Source: Macrostomum lignano
Taxonomy: Eukaryota
Reading direction: 5' to 3'
Assembly (NCBI GenBank): GCA_002269645.1
Contig: NIVC01002724.1
Coordinates: 1-64,000, forward strand
DNA: 64,000 nt
The stretch's first letter is position 1. Each line of letters opens with the position of its first letter. The notes under the pieces are model-generated. The model had not been told where the DNA came from and ran no database searches. It saw only the letters and a list, made by a program, of their open reading frames with translations. The translations under genes and the position numbers were made by a program. Positions 49,301 through 60,749 of this stretch are shown piece by piece.

Positions 49301-52300
49301 TCTCTCACTCTCAATCTCTCCCTCTGACTCTCAATCTCCATCTCACTCTCAATCTGTCTCTCACTCTCAATCTCCATCTCACTCTCAATCTGTCTCTCAC
49401 TCTCAATCTCCCTCTCACTCTCAATCTCTCTCTCACTCTCAATCTCTCCCTCTGACTCTCAATCTCCATCTCACTCTCAATCTGTCTCTCACTCTCAATC
49501 TCCATCTCACTCTCAATCTGTCTCTCACTCTTAATCTCCCTCTCACTCTCAATCTCTCTCTCACTCTCAATCTCCCTCTCACTCTCAATCTGTCTCTCAC
49601 TCTTAATCTCCCTCTCACTCTCAATCTCTCTCTCACTCTCAATCTCTCTCTCACTCTTAATCTCCCTCTCACTCCCAATCTCTCCCTCTGACTCTCAATC
49701 TCCATCTCACTCTCAATCTCTCTCTCACTCTCAATCTCCCTCTCACTCCCAATCTCTCCCTCTGACTCTCAATCTCCATCTCACTCTCAATCTCTCTCTC
49801 ACTCTTAATCTCCCTCTCACTCCCAATCTCTCCCTTTGACTCTCAATCTCCATCTCACTCTCAATCTCTCTCTCACTCCCAATCTCTCCCTCTCACTCTC
49901 AATCTCTCCCTCTGACTCTCAATCTCCATCTCACTCTCAATCTCTCTCTCACTCCCAATCTCTCCCTCTGACTCTCAATCTCCATCTCACTCTCAATCTC
50001 TCTCTCACTCTCAATCTCCCTCTCACTCCCAATCTCTCCCTCTGACTCTCAATCTCCATCTCACTCTCAATCTCTCTCTCACTCTTAATCTCCCTCTCAC
50101 TCTCAATCTCTCCCTCACTCTCAATCTCTCTCTCACTCTCAATCTCTCCCTCACTCTCAATCTCCCTCTCACTCTCAATCTCTCTCTCACTCTCAATCTC
50201 TCCCTCTGACTCTCAATCTCTCCCTCACTCTCAATCTCTCTCTCACTCTCAATCTCTCCCTCACTCTCAATCTCTCTCTCACTCTCAATCTCTCCCTTAC
50301 TCTCAATCTCTCTCACTCTCAATCTCTCTCTCACTCTCAATCTCTCTCTCACTCTCAATCTCCCTCTCACTCTCAATCTCTCCCTCTGACTCTCAATCTC
50401 CCTCTCACTCTCAATCTCTCTCTCACTCTCAATCTCTCTCTCACTCTCAATCTCTCTCTCACTCTCAATCTCTCTCTCACTCTCAATCTCTCTCTCACTC
50501 TCAATCTCTCTCTCACTCTCAATCTCTCTCTCACTCTCAATCTCTCTCTCACTCTCAATCTCTCTCTCACTCTCAATCTCCCTTTCCCTCTCACTCTCAC
50601 TCTTACTCTCAATCCCAGTGTCAATCTCCTTCTAATTCTCATCCACAATCTCATCCACAATCTCATCCACAATCTCATCCACAATCTCATCCACAATCTC
50701 ATCCACAATCTCATCCACAATCTCATCCACAATCTCATCCACAATCTCATTAAAAACCTAGCAATGTAATTCTATCTCATTCCCCGCCTTCAAGTCTCAT
50801 TCAGTTAGTCTATTAATTTCAAGTCAACCTGTCTGCAAAGCAATAATGGTATTCAAATTTTGCATACTGGGCTGGAGAGGGTTCCACGCTGAGCAGTGTC
50901 ACATTTCATAATGGGAACATAAAACCTTAATTGGAACACACCTACTAGGACTAAGGACTTAGCCAGAAATCTAGACTTGGAGACTGAAATCACCAGTCAC
51001 TCTGTTCTGTAAACTGCCAGTATGTCCTGTTCTTCTTAAACTGTTGTTTTTAACCGATTCGGACTTGCCTCACCTCATTAACACTGGATTCTAGTTTTAG
51101 ATCTAACAGGTTTTATTATATACTCTGTATAGGAATACATTTGCATAACATTTGCATAGAGAAACTGTGATTTTTCCACTCACACACAGCAACAACACAC
51201 ACAAAATTATAGTTAGTTTTGCAAATCTATTCATTGTTGCTGCTTGAGAGAGTTTTGCAGAGTTTTTTTGGCGGTAAATTTCCTTTGATTATAAAATTAA
51301 TCTGTGGGACTTGGTTGCTTTAGGAGAAGTAGAGATGGATAAATATCTGCAGGTATAGGTATATAGATAGATGAATCCGGATATTTTATATAGTGATAGG
51401 CATGCTACACAAGTATTTAGACACAGGTATATTTAGATACACAGGTATTTATATGCACAGGTATCTAGAAAAACCGGGATTTAGATACACAGGTATTTAG
51501 ATACACAGGTATTTAGATACACAGGTATTTAGATACACAGGTATTTAGATACGAAGGTATTTAAATACATAGGTATTTAGATACACAGGTATTTAGATAC
51601 ACAGGTATTTAGATACACAGGTATATTTAGATACACAGGTATATTTAGATACACAGGTATTTAGATACACAGGTATTTATATGCAAAGGTATATTTAGAT
51701 ACACAGGCATTTAGATACACAGGTATCTAGAAAAACCGGGATTTAGATACACAGGTATTTAGATACACAGGTATTTAGATACACAGGTATTTAGATACAC
51801 AGGTATTTAGATACACAGGTATTTAGATACGAAGGTATTTAAATACATAGGTATTTAGATACACAGGTATTTAGATACACAGGTATTTAGATACACAGGT
51901 ATATTTAGATACACAGGTATATTTAGATACACAGGTATTTAGATACACAGGTATTTATATGCAAAGGTATATTTAGATACACAGGCATTTAGATACACAG
52001 GTATCTAGAAAAACCGGGATTTAGATACACAGGTATTTAGATACACAGGTATTTAGATACACAGGTATTTAGATACGAAGGTATTTAAATACATAGGTAT
52101 TTAGATACACAGGTATTTAGATACACAGGTATTTAGATACGAAGGTATTTAGATACATAGGTATTTAGATACGAAGGTATTTAGATACATAGGTATATTT
52201 AAATACACAGGTATTCTCCTTCACAGTTATACATAACCTACACGTCACAATAAATGCACATGGCCTGTGACTCACAGGCTCCAATCGCCCTGACTGGCTG

Positions 52301-55300
52301 ACAGTTTCGCACAGGGCCCAAGCCACAGTCCCAAATAAAGGTGACAGCAAAGTAGAACTAACATTGTCAATAGCTCAACAAATTTATATTGTTTATAAAT
52401 TTTATCGTTTATAATTTACCCAAACAACGTCCCTTGTCCACCTCTCCCCACTGTCAGTTGCTGAGCCGACGAAATCTTCAACCGACAGTCGTCAAGAAGT
52501 CGCCGCCGCAACAAGCGGAGATGCTCAGGACTCGGGATTGTTGCTGACTTCTGAATCGATTCAGAAAGAGGAAATTCCTCTGCAGACTGACTTCGGTAGC
52601 GGTGGTGGTGAAGGCGGAGCAGAAGGCATGTACCAGCAACAGCAACAGCAGCAGCATGTGCAGCATCATCCGGATTATAACAATGGAAGCTGGTGGACTA
52701 GCAGTACTGATGGTTTTATGCAAGGTGATTTTTTTTCAGAAATATTTTTATCTATTTCATCATGTCTTTAGTTTCGCTGGTTTAAGATAATAAATTTTAG
52801 TTATTATAACAATCGCCTTTTGAATCGTCTTCTACAGGTGTTTTTAGGAATTGCCCCTTTGAATTCTCTTTAAGAATAAACCATTTAATACGAGTATTTT
52901 CCTAGGATCGTCTTTCTAATGTTTTTCTAGCCCTTCAAATCCATTTCTAAGAATCGTCGTTCAAATAACTTCTAAGAATCACCTTTAAATCGATTTCTAA
53001 GAATCACCCTTCAAATCCATTTTTAAAAATTACCCTTTAGATTTATTTCTAAGAATCACCCTTAGATCTATTTCTGATAATCACCCTTTACATCTGTTTC
53101 TAAGAATCACCCTTAGATCTATTTCTGATAATCACCCTTTACATCTGTTTCTAAGAATCACCCTTAGATCTATTTCTGATAATCACCCTTTACATCTGTT
53201 TCTAAGAATCACCCTTTAGGTTTATTTCTAAGAATAATCCTTTAGATCTATTTTTATGAATCACCCTTTAGATTTATTTAAAAAAATCGTCCTTTAGATT
53301 CATTTCTAAGAATCAACCTTCAAATCCATTCCTAAGAATCGCAATTCAAAATCTTTTCTAATAATCCTCCTTCTAATCCTTTTCTAAGAATCGCCCTCCA
53401 AACCCTTTTCTAAGAATCATTTAAGAACGTCTCTTTAATCGCATTTATTCCTCTCAGCCGTCTCCCTACGACTGCAGACTAATCATCATCTTAAATACAG
53501 CAAAAAAACACGACAACATTTCTTGTCAAACGTTTTGCAGAAATGGATCCTTACTCAACCGAGCTGCAGCTGCACCACAGACACCTCATGCAGCCGCAGC
53601 AGTACCAGCCGCAGCAGCAGCAGCAGCAGACTCAGCAGTACCAGCCGTCTCAACAGCAGTCACTGCCAGCGTGGCCAGGTCATCAAGGTCACTGTGATTT
53701 ATTCGGCTACGACTCCTGCTATCCACCAGGCGGCTACCAGATCGGTCATGAACTGCCAACTGAAACGCAGCTGTGCAATGAACTTTTTATGGCTAATAAC
53801 TTTCCTAATACAGTTCAACAGCAGCAACATCAGCACCAGCAGCAACAATACTTCTGCTACTCAACAATAAACGACCGCGGTTACGTACTCGATCAAGATG
53901 ATGGGTTCCTTCTGAACTCTGGCAAAGAGGCTACCATGATGCAGCAGCAGCAGCAGCAACTTGATGGTTTCGCTCAATTAGACTCATTAATTCAGCAACA
54001 GCAGCAGCAGACGCAGCCGAAGCAGCAGCAGGCACATCAAAGACAGCGTCAACAACAGCAGCAACCGCTGGTACAACAGCGAGGCAGTAGAAGCTCCTCG
54101 ACTGCTCCTAGAACTACCACTACGGCCAGTGAAGTACCAACCAGCGAAGGTGGCAGCGCTGCCGGAGGTGGCGGAGGCGGCGGTGGCCAGGTTCACCTGT
54201 GGCAGTTCCTGCTTGAAGAACTGTCGAACCCCGCGTCTGACCGGCACATCTGCTGGACCGGTCAGGGCCAGTGGGAGTTCAAGCTCAAGGATCCGGACGA
54301 AGTTGCAAGGCGCTGGGTGAGCTGACTTTATAGTTCTCTTGGCAACGAATGTCACTGGGGTTTGAGGGGCTGCGGGCAGAGTCGTTGCAAACTACAAACT
54401 ACAAACTACAACTCACGAGAGGCGCTTGTGACGCAACATTCGCCTCTTTTAGTGACATTAGACGCGTTTGAATCGTTAAAAAGTCACAAGAGGCACTAGA
54501 AAGTTGTTTACAACGGCTTTTTTAGCAATTCTTGTCACGATATCGTTTTCAGCGGGACAGGGTGTACAGGGTGGGCCTTCATGGTGTGAATCGCCTGTTG
54601 CTAATTCAATATGGCCGCTCAAGGAAATTTCCCACTTTAACTCACTCTTAAACTCACTCCATCAACTCCAGGGCCAGCGCAAGAACAAGCCGAAAATGAA
54701 TTACGAGAAGCTGAGCAGGGGCCTTCGGTACTACTACGACAAGAGAATCATTGAGAAGACCACCGGCAAACGCTACGTGTACCGGTTCGCCATGAACATG
54801 GAAGATGTTGTCCGCTGCGGACCTCAGGAATATTTCCAGCACTGCGGTGTCCAACCGCAGCCAGTGTCCGATGGAGAGTGAACTAAAGTCTTCGATTATG
54901 AATTTAAAGTTTTAGAAGTACTTTTAAAAAGACTACAAGAAAACACAATATAGCTTTACTGTGATAGGTAGTCTGGGTGTTGAAAATATAAAATTTTACA
55001 CTGTCTATTTCAATAATACGGTTAAAACATGATCCCCCCCTCTCTAGTGCTGTAAATTTGTAATTTATACTAGCGAATTATAAGAACACAATGAACTTTA
55101 AGTCCCCTGGCCGTGCGTCTTTCTCACGTGTTCCCTCACGTCACGCACAAGTTACACAACAATAACTTTGGCCGGTTCTGTAGTTAATTATTTATTAAAA
55201 TCTAGGATGCCACCAAACAAAAAATTATTAGCAAATTCCGCCACTGACTACTTACTCTATCTAAACAGTAGTGTAGTTTGACGCTAACAAAATATTGCTT

Positions 55301-58300
55301 ATTTGACCATATGTTACAATATATTTACCTCTAATAGTTATTTTATTTGTTATAAATAAAAGTTTCCCTACCAATTTTTCAAACAGCGCAGTAAATGTCA
55401 ATTTTTATTATTAACTTTCTTATTATTTAGCTTTCATTACGTTCATAAGCATGTTTTGCTATCAGACTACTAACAGTATACAGTTCAGACATTTTAGGTC
55501 CTTATTTTTTACACCAATTTGACAAATTCTGACGGCCCAAAAAAGCAACAAGTCCCTCAGCTCGTCTTGAAAGCCTCTTTCGCCTTGTGCACTATGAACT
55601 GCTGCACTTTGTTATAATTGCACCCATTAATTTGCTCATTCTGTGCTACTTTTACGGTCATATATTGTTTTGTCAGGCGCATGTAACCTGTTCATTATCG
55701 TCTTGTGTAACTTATAATATATATTAGTTATAAATAGAATATATTTGTACACCATTGAATAAAGATAAATGCTTACACTGAGTAAATTTATTGTTTTTTC
55801 CATATTAATAATCGATAAAAATATTAGAAATTAATGATTGTCAATAAAATTTTGTTCAAAATAAAAAGAAACGCATTTATACTGAAACAGTCACGATCTC
55901 AATCAGAATCTCAACTACGAGTATTATATGGAATCTCAACCTGAGAATATCCAGATATCTTATCCTGAGAATCGCCATGAATCTCATACTGAGAATCTCC
56001 ATGAATCTCATACTGAGAATCACCATGAATCTCACCCTGAGAATCGCCTCAAAGAAGCCTGAGAATGAATCGCCATGAATCTCACCCTGAGAATCGCCTC
56101 AAAGAAGCCTGAGAATCGCCATGAATATCACCCTGAGAATCGCCTAAAAGAAGCATGAGAGTCGCCATGAATCTCATCCTGAGATTCTTTTTGAATCTCA
56201 TCCTGAAAATCACACTTGAATCTCACCCTAAGAATCGCTTTCGAATCTCACCCTGAGATCCCTTTTGAATCTCACCCTGAAAATCACACTCGAATCTCAC
56301 CCCATCGCTTTCGAATCTCACCCCATCGCTTTCGAATCTCACCCCATCGCTTTCGAATCTCACCCTGAGAATCGCCCCGAATCTCATTCTGAGAACCACA
56401 CAGAATCTCATTCTGCGAATCGATTCGAAATCTCAGCAAAAGATCTCACCCTCGTGCACCAGCAGATGAGCTTTCCAATTCCGCTCCTTCAGCACCGCCC
56501 GAACAGCAGTCACTGGTGACAGGATGTCCTCCTCCGTCACTGAGAAGCCGAGATGTTGAAGCTTTGCCGTCAGCCCAGCTCGAGTCGTCTGACTCTCGTT
56601 GGTGACAAATTTCAGCGGAAATCGAGCGTCTTTCAATCTGGGTTGGAAAGCAGAAGGCGAGTTTTGGCTTAATTATGATTGATACATGTGAATTCAGGGT
56701 TAACATGTACATGTATCAGAGTGATTCTCACGGTGAGACTCAGGAGTGACTCTCAGTATGAGATTCGAGTGCGATTCTCAGGGTGAGATTCGAAAGGGAT
56801 TCTCAGGGTGAGAAATTCTCAGGGTGAGATTCGAAAGGGATTCTCAGGGTGAGATTAATGGCGACTCTCAGGGTGAAATTCATGGCGATTCTTAGGGTGA
56901 GATTCGAGTGTAATCTTCAGGGTGAGATTTGGGTATGATTCTAAGGGTGAGATTCGAAAGCGACTCTCATGGCGAGATTACCAGTAGAGTGTTATTCTTA
57001 GGGTGAGATTCAATGGCGATTCTCAGGGTGAGATTTGGGTGTGATTTTCAAGGGGAGACTTCTTAGGGTGAGATTTGGGTGTTATTCTCAGAGTGAGATT
57101 TGGGTGTGATTCTTAGGGTGAGATTCAAGAGTGATTCTCAGGGTGAGATTCGAAAGCGATTCTCAGGGTGAGCTACGGGTGTGATTCTTAGGGTGAGATT
57201 CGAGTTTAATCTTCAGGGTGAGATTTGGGTATGATTCTAAGGGTGAGATTCGAAAGCGACTCTCATGGCGAGATTACCAGTAGAGTGTTATTCTTAGGGT
57301 GAGATTCAATGGCGATTCTCAGGGTGAGATTTGGGTGTGATTTTCAAGGGGAGAATTCTTAGGGTGAGATTTGGGTGTGATTTTCAAGGGGAGAATTCTT
57401 AGGGTGAGATTTGGGTGTTATTCTCAGAGTGAGATTTGGGTGTGATTCTTAGGGTGAGATTCAAGAGTGATTCTCAGGGTGAGATTCGAAAGCGATTCTC
57501 AGGGTGAGCTACGGGTGTGATTCTTAGGGTGAGATTCGAAAGTGATTCTCAGGGTGAAATTCGAAAGTGATTCTCAGGGTGAGATTCGAAAGTGATTCTC
57601 AGGGTGAGATTCGAAAGTGATTCTCAGGGTGAGATTCGAAAGTGATTCTCAGGGTGAGATTCAAAAGTGATTCTCAGGGTGAGATTCAAAAGTGATTCTC
57701 AGGGTGAGATTCGAAAGTGATTCTCAGGGTGAGCTATGGGTGTGATTCTTAGGGTGAGATTCGAAAGTGATTCTCAGGGTGAGATTCAAAAGTGATTCTC
57801 AGGGTGAGATTCGAAAGTGATTCTCAGGGTGAGATTCGAAAATGATTCTCAGGGTGAGATTCGAAAGTGATTCTCAGGGTGAGATTCAAAAGTGATTCTC
57901 AGGGTGAGATTCAAAAGTGATTCTCAGGGTGAGATTTAAAAGTGATTCTCAGGGTGAGATTCAAAAGTGATTCTCAGGGTGAGATTCAAAAGTGATTCTC
58001 AGGGTGAGATTCGAAAGTGATTCTCAGGGTGAGATTTTACACGATTCTTAAAACAAGATCAGAAAATATTCCTAGAATTTTACGGGTTACTCTTTACTTA
58101 CAGGCTAAGTCTCTGAAGACTTAAGGCCAGTCAAAGGTGGGTTGAAATCTACTCAGACAATGTACGAGCGTAGGTTTCCTGTACAGTTACCTTTTGACCG
58201 CCTCAATGGATCCTTCAATCAGTCTGCCGCCTGATCCATCCGGGTCGTAAAGCACGCCGGAAATGTCGCACAGCAGGCCCTTTGCAGATCGCAGCAGGTG

Positions 58301-58309
58301 TGACGCCAT
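37220..58309 (-). CDS. LHPP: Phospholysine phosphohistidine inorganic pyrophosphate phosphatase (HAD IIA); complement(join(37220..37307,38024..38456,56450..56637,58191..58309)), 275 aa
   Basis: Phases close (828 nt). Motifs: DISGVLYD (LHPP-type motif I), [52 protein letters not shown]. Confidence 0.93.
37330..38005. repeat. 33-bp minisatellite filling LHPP intron 3 (CACTGCCTCACACTTAATCAGCACCCACCACCC)
   Basis: Direct inspection. Confidence 0.95.
38024..38456 (-). CDS. LHPP: LHPP exon 3
   Basis: HAD motifs III and IV. Confidence 0.93.
38497..38915. repeat. 28-bp minisatellite (homogeneous copy)
   Basis: ~14 near-identical units. Confidence 0.95.
39220..39610. promoter_or_regulatory. CpG-rich promoter/enhancer with five ETS-like sites, a GC box and CCAAT
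   Basis: ACCGGATGA 39223, ACTTCCGC 39232, CACTTCCGC 39314, CACATCCGGT 39344, ACCGGATGTT 39599; GGGGCGGA ~39476; GCCAAT ~39543. Confidence 0.55.
39685..40540. repeat. 14-bp satellite CCCAGATCCTAGAT (dimer of 7-mers)
   Basis: Perfect over most of its length. Confidence 0.97.
41495..41945. repeat. ~21-bp minisatellite AAAGCTTCACTGAGGATTC
   Basis: Direct inspection. Confidence 0.88.
42253..42484 (+). CDS. ETS gene exon 1
   Basis: ATG after an in-frame TAA; donor G|gtaagg in phase 1. Confidence 0.65.
42253..54881 (+). CDS. ETS transcription factor, ETS1/2-pointed class, nested in LHPP intron 2; join(42253..42484,43537..43677,48686..48877,52458..52724,53541..54316,54672..54881), ~605 aa
   Basis: ETS domain [10 protein letters not shown]...[21 protein letters not shown]|[24 protein letters not shown]...GKRYVYRF. 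The upstream exons form an unbroken phase-1 chain with GT-AG sites and encode a Q-rich region. Confidence 0.85.
42555..43400. repeat. ~21-bp minisatellite AAAATGGCATCTCTAAGCTTC
   Basis: ETS intron 1. Confidence 0.95.
43537..43677 (+). CDS. ETS gene exon 2
   Basis: ctgcag| ... G|gtaaat; open in phase 1/1, 141 nt. Confidence 0.65.
44200..44845. repeat. ~22-bp minisatellite GGGGCGCCATTTCACTAGAGTT
   Basis: Direct inspection. Confidence 0.92.
45350..45820. repeat. 15-bp minisatellite GGGGCTTTAGCACCA switching to GGGGCGCCAGCACCA
   Basis: Sharp switch at ~45690. Confidence 0.95.
46140..47140. repeat. Two AG-rich repeats (46140-46320, and a 28-bp unit GAGAGTAGAGGTGAGAAAGTAGATAAGG at 46800-47140)
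   Basis: Direct inspection. Confidence 0.85.
47760..48460. repeat. 30-bp then 33-bp related minisatellites (GTGTCAGACAGAAATGACGCTAAACTGAGT / GTGTGTGTCACACAAAAGTGACGCCAAGTGACT)
   Basis: Direct inspection. Confidence 0.93.
48686..48877 (+). CDS. ETS gene exon 3
   Basis: ttgacag| ... G|gtgagc; open in phase 1/1. Confidence 0.68.
48935..50750. repeat. Polypyrimidine CTCTCACTCTCAATCT array ending in a (CTCATCCACAAT)n 12-mer
   Basis: Direct inspection. Confidence 0.95.
51410..52210. repeat. 16-bp minisatellite GTATTTAGATACACAG with internal block duplication
   Basis: The tctagaaaaaccggg variant recurs three times. Confidence 0.93.
52458..52724 (+). CDS. ETS gene exon 4
   Basis: ctgtcag| ... 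G|gtgatt; open in phase 1/1; polyQ. Confidence 0.7.
52900..53420. repeat. Degenerate TTTCTAAGAATCACCCTT repeat
   Basis: Direct inspection. Confidence 0.8.
53541..54316 (+). CDS. ETS gene exon 5 (Q-rich region plus first half of the ETS domain)
   Basis: ttttgcag| acceptor; ends at ARRW|gtgagc. Confidence 0.9.
54672..54881 (+). CDS. ETS gene exon 6 (recognition helix)
   Basis: [15 protein letters not shown]; KRYVYRF. Confidence 0.95.
   Translation, partial: GQRKNKPKMNYEKLSRGLRYYYDKRIIEKTTGKRYVYRFAMNMEDVVRCGPQEYFQHCGVQPQPVSDGE
55900..56410. repeat. GAATCTCACCCTGAGAATC satellite (left arm)
   Basis: Reverse complement of 56720-58040. Confidence 0.88.
56450..56637 (-). CDS. LHPP: LHPP exon 2
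   Basis: LKFVTNESQ motif II and cap domain. Confidence 0.92.
56720..58040. repeat. GATTCTCAGGGTGAGATTC satellite (right arm, ~24-bp unit)
   Basis: Fills LHPP intron 1. Confidence 0.95.
58191..58309 (-). CDS. LHPP: LHPP exon 1 ([22 protein letters not shown]...)
   Basis: HAD motif I; donor AG|gtaact in phase 2. Confidence 0.92.
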
Positions 58310-58787
58310 TTTTACAGACCAATTCAAAAGTTCCGATCTGTAAAAATTGAAGTTTGCAGACAGATTTATGTCACAAGTTAGTAGTGCCTTAGTGCTTGTG
58401 TGCGCTAAGGAGTCAGCGGAATGGGGCAGAACTGCCTTAGTGCTCTGCTTGTGGGAGGGTTAGCTGATCGTCTCATCGACAGGAAGACAAAATCATGTAC
58501 ACACTCAAAGTCTGGCTATCATAACAGCGAATTTTTTAATCGCACAACATGCGACCGGCTATTTTCTATGGTTTTTTATTACTATAAGTAGACAAAACTA
58601 GATATGAGTTTAAAAACCGAACAAGCGTGAGGAGAAAGAGCAGTCTGTCCTCTGATTGGCTGGGTTCGACTCAGGATAGTTCTAATTGGCAAAAGATTTG
58701 GAAATACGAGCTAAATAACGAGATCGACAAGCAAGAAAAGCTCTTCTATAGGAAGAGTAGATATTTTCGTCACGAACTAAAAAAACA
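58310..58787. promoter_or_regulatory. Probable bidirectional promoter region for LHPP and the GPCR
   Basis: Divergent ATGs separated by 478 nt; ATTGG boxes at 58655 and 58685. Confidence 0.5.
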
Positions 58788-60014
58788 ATGAACGTCACAA
58801 ACAACGGAACTGAATTGCTAGCAGACGCGGCACCGTTTGGCGACCTGGTGACTCGAGTGATTGCTTCAATCTACGGAGCATGCATAATCGTATTCGGCAC
58901 CATTGGCAACATGCTGAGCCTGAAGATCTTCTGGAATAGCGACGTGTTCAAGGAGAGCACGCACTTCCTGCTGATCATCCTGCAGATTGCTGACAGCTGC
59001 GTCCTGCTGCTAGTCGTTGGTCGCTACTGGATTCAACAGGCGTTTCGCTTTGACATCCGGGATCTTGGCTATCCAGTCTGTTTAAGCCACGTCGTTCTGA
59101 CGTATCTGTGCGTTGACTTCGCCACCTGGGTGTTGGTGTTCATCGTGTTGGACAGATTTCTAGCAGTGACCTATCCGATGCGAGCCAGACTCATCATGAC
59201 GAAACGGAATGCGGTGAAAGTCCTGCTGGCTATCCTGGCCGTTCTCTGCGCCAAAGATTTGCCGCTGTTGATGTCGCACGATTGGCACGCCGACGAGACG
59301 CGACGCTGCATGTACCGGGACAACTTCTTCAAGTACTACTTGGTAGCTGACAGTATTTTGAACTTCTTCGCTCCAGACTCTCTGCTGTTGATATTCAATT
59401 TGATCATCTTCTTTAGCATCAGGAAGCATGCCAGGCTGATGGCGCAGACGGTGAAAGCATCCGTGGATCGGAACTCGTCAGTAGCTTCGGTGTCTATCTT
59501 AACACCGGCCAGGAAACGAAGTCAGACGGACAGTCGGCAGAGGCAAATGTCTGTAGCCAGGGTGGCGTTGGTCTCGGGCACAATTCACCTGCTAACAACC
59601 ATGCCCAGTGCCGTTTACCTGCTGTCGCACTCGTTCATTGACTACAAAGGCACCAGCTTTCTAGTGAATAACATCTTACTAATGCTGTCCTACACTAACA
59701 ACGCCATCAACTTTCTAATCTACCTGCCAATTGACGGTCGATTTCGAACCAGCTTCAACACGATGGTCACCCCTGAGTGCTCCAACATTAACAATGCCAA
59801 CAGGCGAGCGACCAAGCGTAACACTAGAAAGTTGGCTTTGCAACAGCGAGAGGAGGACAACGACGAAGAAGCCTGCGCTGCGGACGCGTCGAAAGTTCAG
59901 AGAGCGACCGAACTATCACAGGAAACTAAAAATGCTAACGAAACGCCGCTGCTGCTAGCAGAAGTTGCTAAAGATAATGCTAACAATGATTTGAATGTTG
60001 ACAGTCGTGTGTAA
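58788..60014 (+). CDS. Intronless class A (rhodopsin-like) GPCR, orphan peptide-receptor type, 408 aa
   Basis: Seven hydrophobic segments; N-terminal NVT/NGT sequons; GN in TM1; IAD in TM2; Cys at the top of TM3 and in ECL2; LDRFLAVTYP; P in TM5 and TM6; NAINFLIY in TM7. Confidence 0.92.
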   Translation: MNVTNNGTELLADAAPFGDLVTRVIASIYGACIIVFGTIGNMLSLKIFWNSDVFKESTHFLLIILQIADSCVLLLVVGRYWIQQAFRFDIRDLGYPVCLSHVVLTYLCVDFATWVLVFIVLDRFLAVTYPMRARLIMTKRNAVKVLLAILAVLCAKDLPLLMSHDWHADETRRCMYRDNFFKYYLVADSILNFFAPDSLLLIFNLIIFFSIRKHARLMAQTVKASVDRNSSVASVSILTPARKRSQTDSRQRQMSVARVALVSGTIHLLTTMPSAVYLLSHSFIDYKGTSFLVNNILLMLSYTNNAINFLIYLPIDGRFRTSFNTMVTPECSNINNANRRATKRNTRKLALQQREEDNDEEACAADASKVQRATELSQETKNANETPLLLAEVAKDNANNDLNVDSRV

Positions 60015-60537
60015 CAAGCAGTAATGTTTCACGAGTTATAGTTACACGTTAAAAAAGTTTTTTTTGACAGTTTGCACATAATGGTAGACCCCGAAAGTTG
60101 AACGCGCTGGAGTAACCGTCTGTGTGCACACACACGCACACGAACACTGGAAATGTTTAATCAGATTAAATATTCATGTTAGCAACTAACTGTTATTATA
60201 CTATACATATATACTTTGAACAGCGATTCTTTGCATTAGCTATCGGGAACACAGAAGCGCGAAAGCTAGCTACTAAGAATAAACAGTATAAGTCCAATCT
60301 CTACTGAACAACATACTGTACAATATTTACAATCTGCATAGCTAACTATGGCTATGGAAATTAAGTACTACCCTCAGTACCCTCAGGTAGCATCCACTAC
60401 ACTATACAAATATACATATATACATAAATATAATTCCTACGCTTCAGTCTGCACAGGGACCGCTGTTCCCACCTAAAATATATGCGGATCGATAAATAAT
60501 TACATAATCTAATTATCTCTGCTGGTCAGGAACAAAG

Positions 60538-60539
60538 AA

Positions 60540-60628
<89 letters not shown>
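60538..60628. repeat. (GA)n microsatellite
   Basis: Direct inspection. Confidence 0.97.
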
Positions 60629-60633
<5 letters not shown>

Positions 60634-60749
60634 GATGCGGAGGCGCAGAGAACTTTATTTTCAAGTTGACCTCGATAGGCATAGCTACCTGAAAATTGTC
60701 GTGTTTGTTTCTCAATTGCTATTTTGTATTGACGTACATTCGGGATAGT

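Noticed and set aside
37220-58309. HDHD2 instead of LHPP
   Set aside because: [13 protein letters not shown] and QVRTGKFRP match LHPP; HDHD2 has DLSGTLH and TNTTKE.
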